A stretch of DNA of 63,678 nt, the filler included. It is 11 parts of 11 records of this genome, joined end to end, with 100 filler letters (N's around TTAATTAATTAA, not from the genome) between each part and the next. Parts side by side here need not be neighbours in the genome. Positions count along the whole stretch, not along the records: positions 58,479 to 63,678 come from SRR15195285_1682; 10 more parts are not named here. One strand, 5' to 3'. Below the pieces are notes generated by a model, which saw nothing but the letters and a program-made list of their open reading frames with translations, was not told the DNA's origin and made no database searches. The position numbers and the translations under genes are program-made. Below are positions 61,701-63,678 of the stretch, piece after piece (within the stretch, counting starts at the first letter, position 1; each line of letters opens with the position of its first letter).

Positions 61701-62876
61701 CCCTGCTATCCGCAGCGGCCAATTGCTTCCCGCTGGGCAAAGACAGTCGCCTTGCCCTTGGCAGATTCCGCCGTGTCGACAATCGCACTGGCTGTCCCGT
61801 TTCAGCACGATGATGTCATGGAGTTTTGCGAGCAGCTCGCTACTCTCCATCTCGATCCGGAGTCGACGCGTGTCAGTGCATGGCAGGGCGATATTTGAGG
61901 CCATAGTATTCGTGACTAGCATCTTTCCGCTGCTGGCAGGCCCGGCTTCACCGTACAGTGTCCAGCTGCCTTGCTCTGTACGACCTTTGACCCGCCAGGT
62001 TGCATCGAGACCACCGTTGTACACGACCGTCAGCGCACATACCTCCACGGTCTCCCCGAGGTCCAGTTCCAGCGCGATACGCGGGACGTTCTGCGTCGAC
62101 ATGTAGTACACAGAGTCCAAGTTCCCGTCGAACGCAAAATAGATTTCTCCATCGCCTTGCCAGTTGTCTGGACATTCAGTAGGTCCCACAGCAGTACATG
62201 CAACCGTGGTCGGTGCTCCTCCTGGAGAGATTGCTGGGTCTAACCACATAGTGAGCGGCGAGATATCGTAGGACTGCCGGGCGCCGAACTCTTCGAACAG
62301 AACCTCGAGCTGCGCCAGCTGCAGGTCTCCAGAGCTGTGAGCGGGAGTGAAGCTGAGCTTCGCTTTATGCTCGCCCACGTAGCTGGATGGTACCCACTCG
62401 TCATAATGAAGCCACTGGTTACGATCTCGGCGCAGACTGACAGGATAGCTGCTGGAGTGTGGGGACGGTGCGCCGCTTGAGCTGACGATCTCGACTGTCA
62501 GCGCGACTTGCGCGCCGTTGTACGCGCCGCTGGCGTACATGAAGCCGCGCACGCGGTACCAGCCCGTGTCGTGCCGTCCGAGCGAGGATCGCACGATGAA
62601 TCGTGATCCAGGAGGCAGCCGCAAGGCCGCAACGCTGTCCGCGCCCGGGAAATCGTACTTTCCCTGCTCCGCCGTGACCCTCTCGAAATTTCCGCTCGAG
62701 CCGACGAACTCCCCCGTGGATGTCGGCTGCGTCTCGAATGCACCATCGTGCAGCAGGTTGCTCGCTTCCAGCATCATCATTTCCTCTCCGATTATCATCG
62801 CCGCCATCAGCAGCTCAACGGCGCTGAAAACACGGTGGGGGCTCCCGCCACCCGCCGCCACCCGCCGTTGAGCCAT
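58730..62876 (-). CDS. Seven-TM receptor-like protein with carbohydrate-binding/discoidin-like domains, EGF repeats, a Myxococcus-type Cys-rich repeat and a basic cytoplasmic tail; introns 60408-60479, 60250-60336, 59758-59844, 59463-59617, 59243-59361, 58811-58981
   Basis: AFDGNLDS..LELDLG..TRRLRIE (F5/8-like), several EGF units, CGDG..EQCDDGN...NDGC..TCQLE, and seven hydrophobic segments after WLPIQARGP. Six frame-preserving GT-AG introns extend the gene to 58730. Start Met uncertain. Confidence 0.75.
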
Positions 62877-63678
62877 TGACCGCAGTCCACGGCGAGGGAC
62901 AGGATGCAGGTAGCCCAACCCAGACGTCGATCCGTCCCGCCGTCCGTCTCTGCAGCGTCAAACCACAGAGTATGAGACAGTCGATCGCCACACAAAACCT
63001 GCGCTGTCGACGCGGAGTGACTGGGGGATTCGACTGACTGCGGCGATCAGACAACGCTACGCTATACACGCAGTCCACTCGCTGGCACCGGCGCGGTCGC
63101 GCGGCGCGGCGCCGCCGCCGGTCGAACCTGGCCCCACGTGCACGTGGGACATTCACGCCTGAGGAATTTCGTACTAATCTTGCCAAATTTGGAATCGTGT
63201 GCTGATTTGTTCAGAGATGCTAGGGGAATCGAGGGAATTGTGGGTACGAGTTTGTGGGTCAATCTCAGACCTTGATGATTTCACCAACTGCAATGAGTCT
63301 CTTGCCGCCGCGGCCCTACCGTAGGATGATTATCATAATGGACTGAGGATTGATCTTCCTTGACACTACTGTATTGGTACCGTACTACTACTATAATAGA
63401 TCTAGTAGTACAGTGTACACTATTATGCAAGGCTTGACACAAAGCAGCGCGCTACGGGCTACAGCCTACACGCGTGCACCGGTCAGACGCCTTGAGCAGG
63501 TCAGTAGACAGCAGTCAGTAGTACATGTAGTTACTATTCATAGGATCCTAGCTACTACAGTAGTATCCGGGATAATAGTTACAGATTGTACAGCTGTAGT
63601 CAGTACCTGGTCCGGATAAGGATAACATTAATGCATAATTTGCATTTCGGGTAATTCACTATTGGAATTCTCTGTTAA

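Overview
This is not one locus. It is 11 short eukaryotic contigs (about 3.5-11.6 kb) joined by ten artificial 100-nt linkers (N44-TTAATTAATTAA-N44), so gene adjacency is meaningful only within a contig. The DNA is GC-rich, gene-dense and carries short GT-AG introns (about 60-340 nt, donors often GTGCGT/GTGAGT/GTACGT, CTGAC/CTAAC branch points). It comes from a flagellated protist, since IFT43 is present; the lineage cannot be fixed from this window. Recognisable genes: clathrin heavy chain tail-to-tail with clathrin light chain, a GH59 galactocerebrosidase-like enzyme with extra domains, dephospho-CoA kinase, an LpqC/PHB-depolymerase-like esterase, a GNAT acetyltransferase, IFT43, a WSC-SGNH hydrolase, a TPR protein and two paralogous clan GH-D-like glycosidases. 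There are also several large surface receptors: a polycystin-1-like REJ/GPS/CUB protein, a giant Cys-rich multi-pass protein, an EGF/discoidin 7TM receptor, and a type II membrane protein built from three SRCR + CCDG-motif modules. The strongest leads are the linked clathrin heavy/light chain pair and the SRCR + bacterial CCXG-like repeat receptor. All family assignments come from motif recognition by eye, and all exon models were inferred by hand; no database searches were run.
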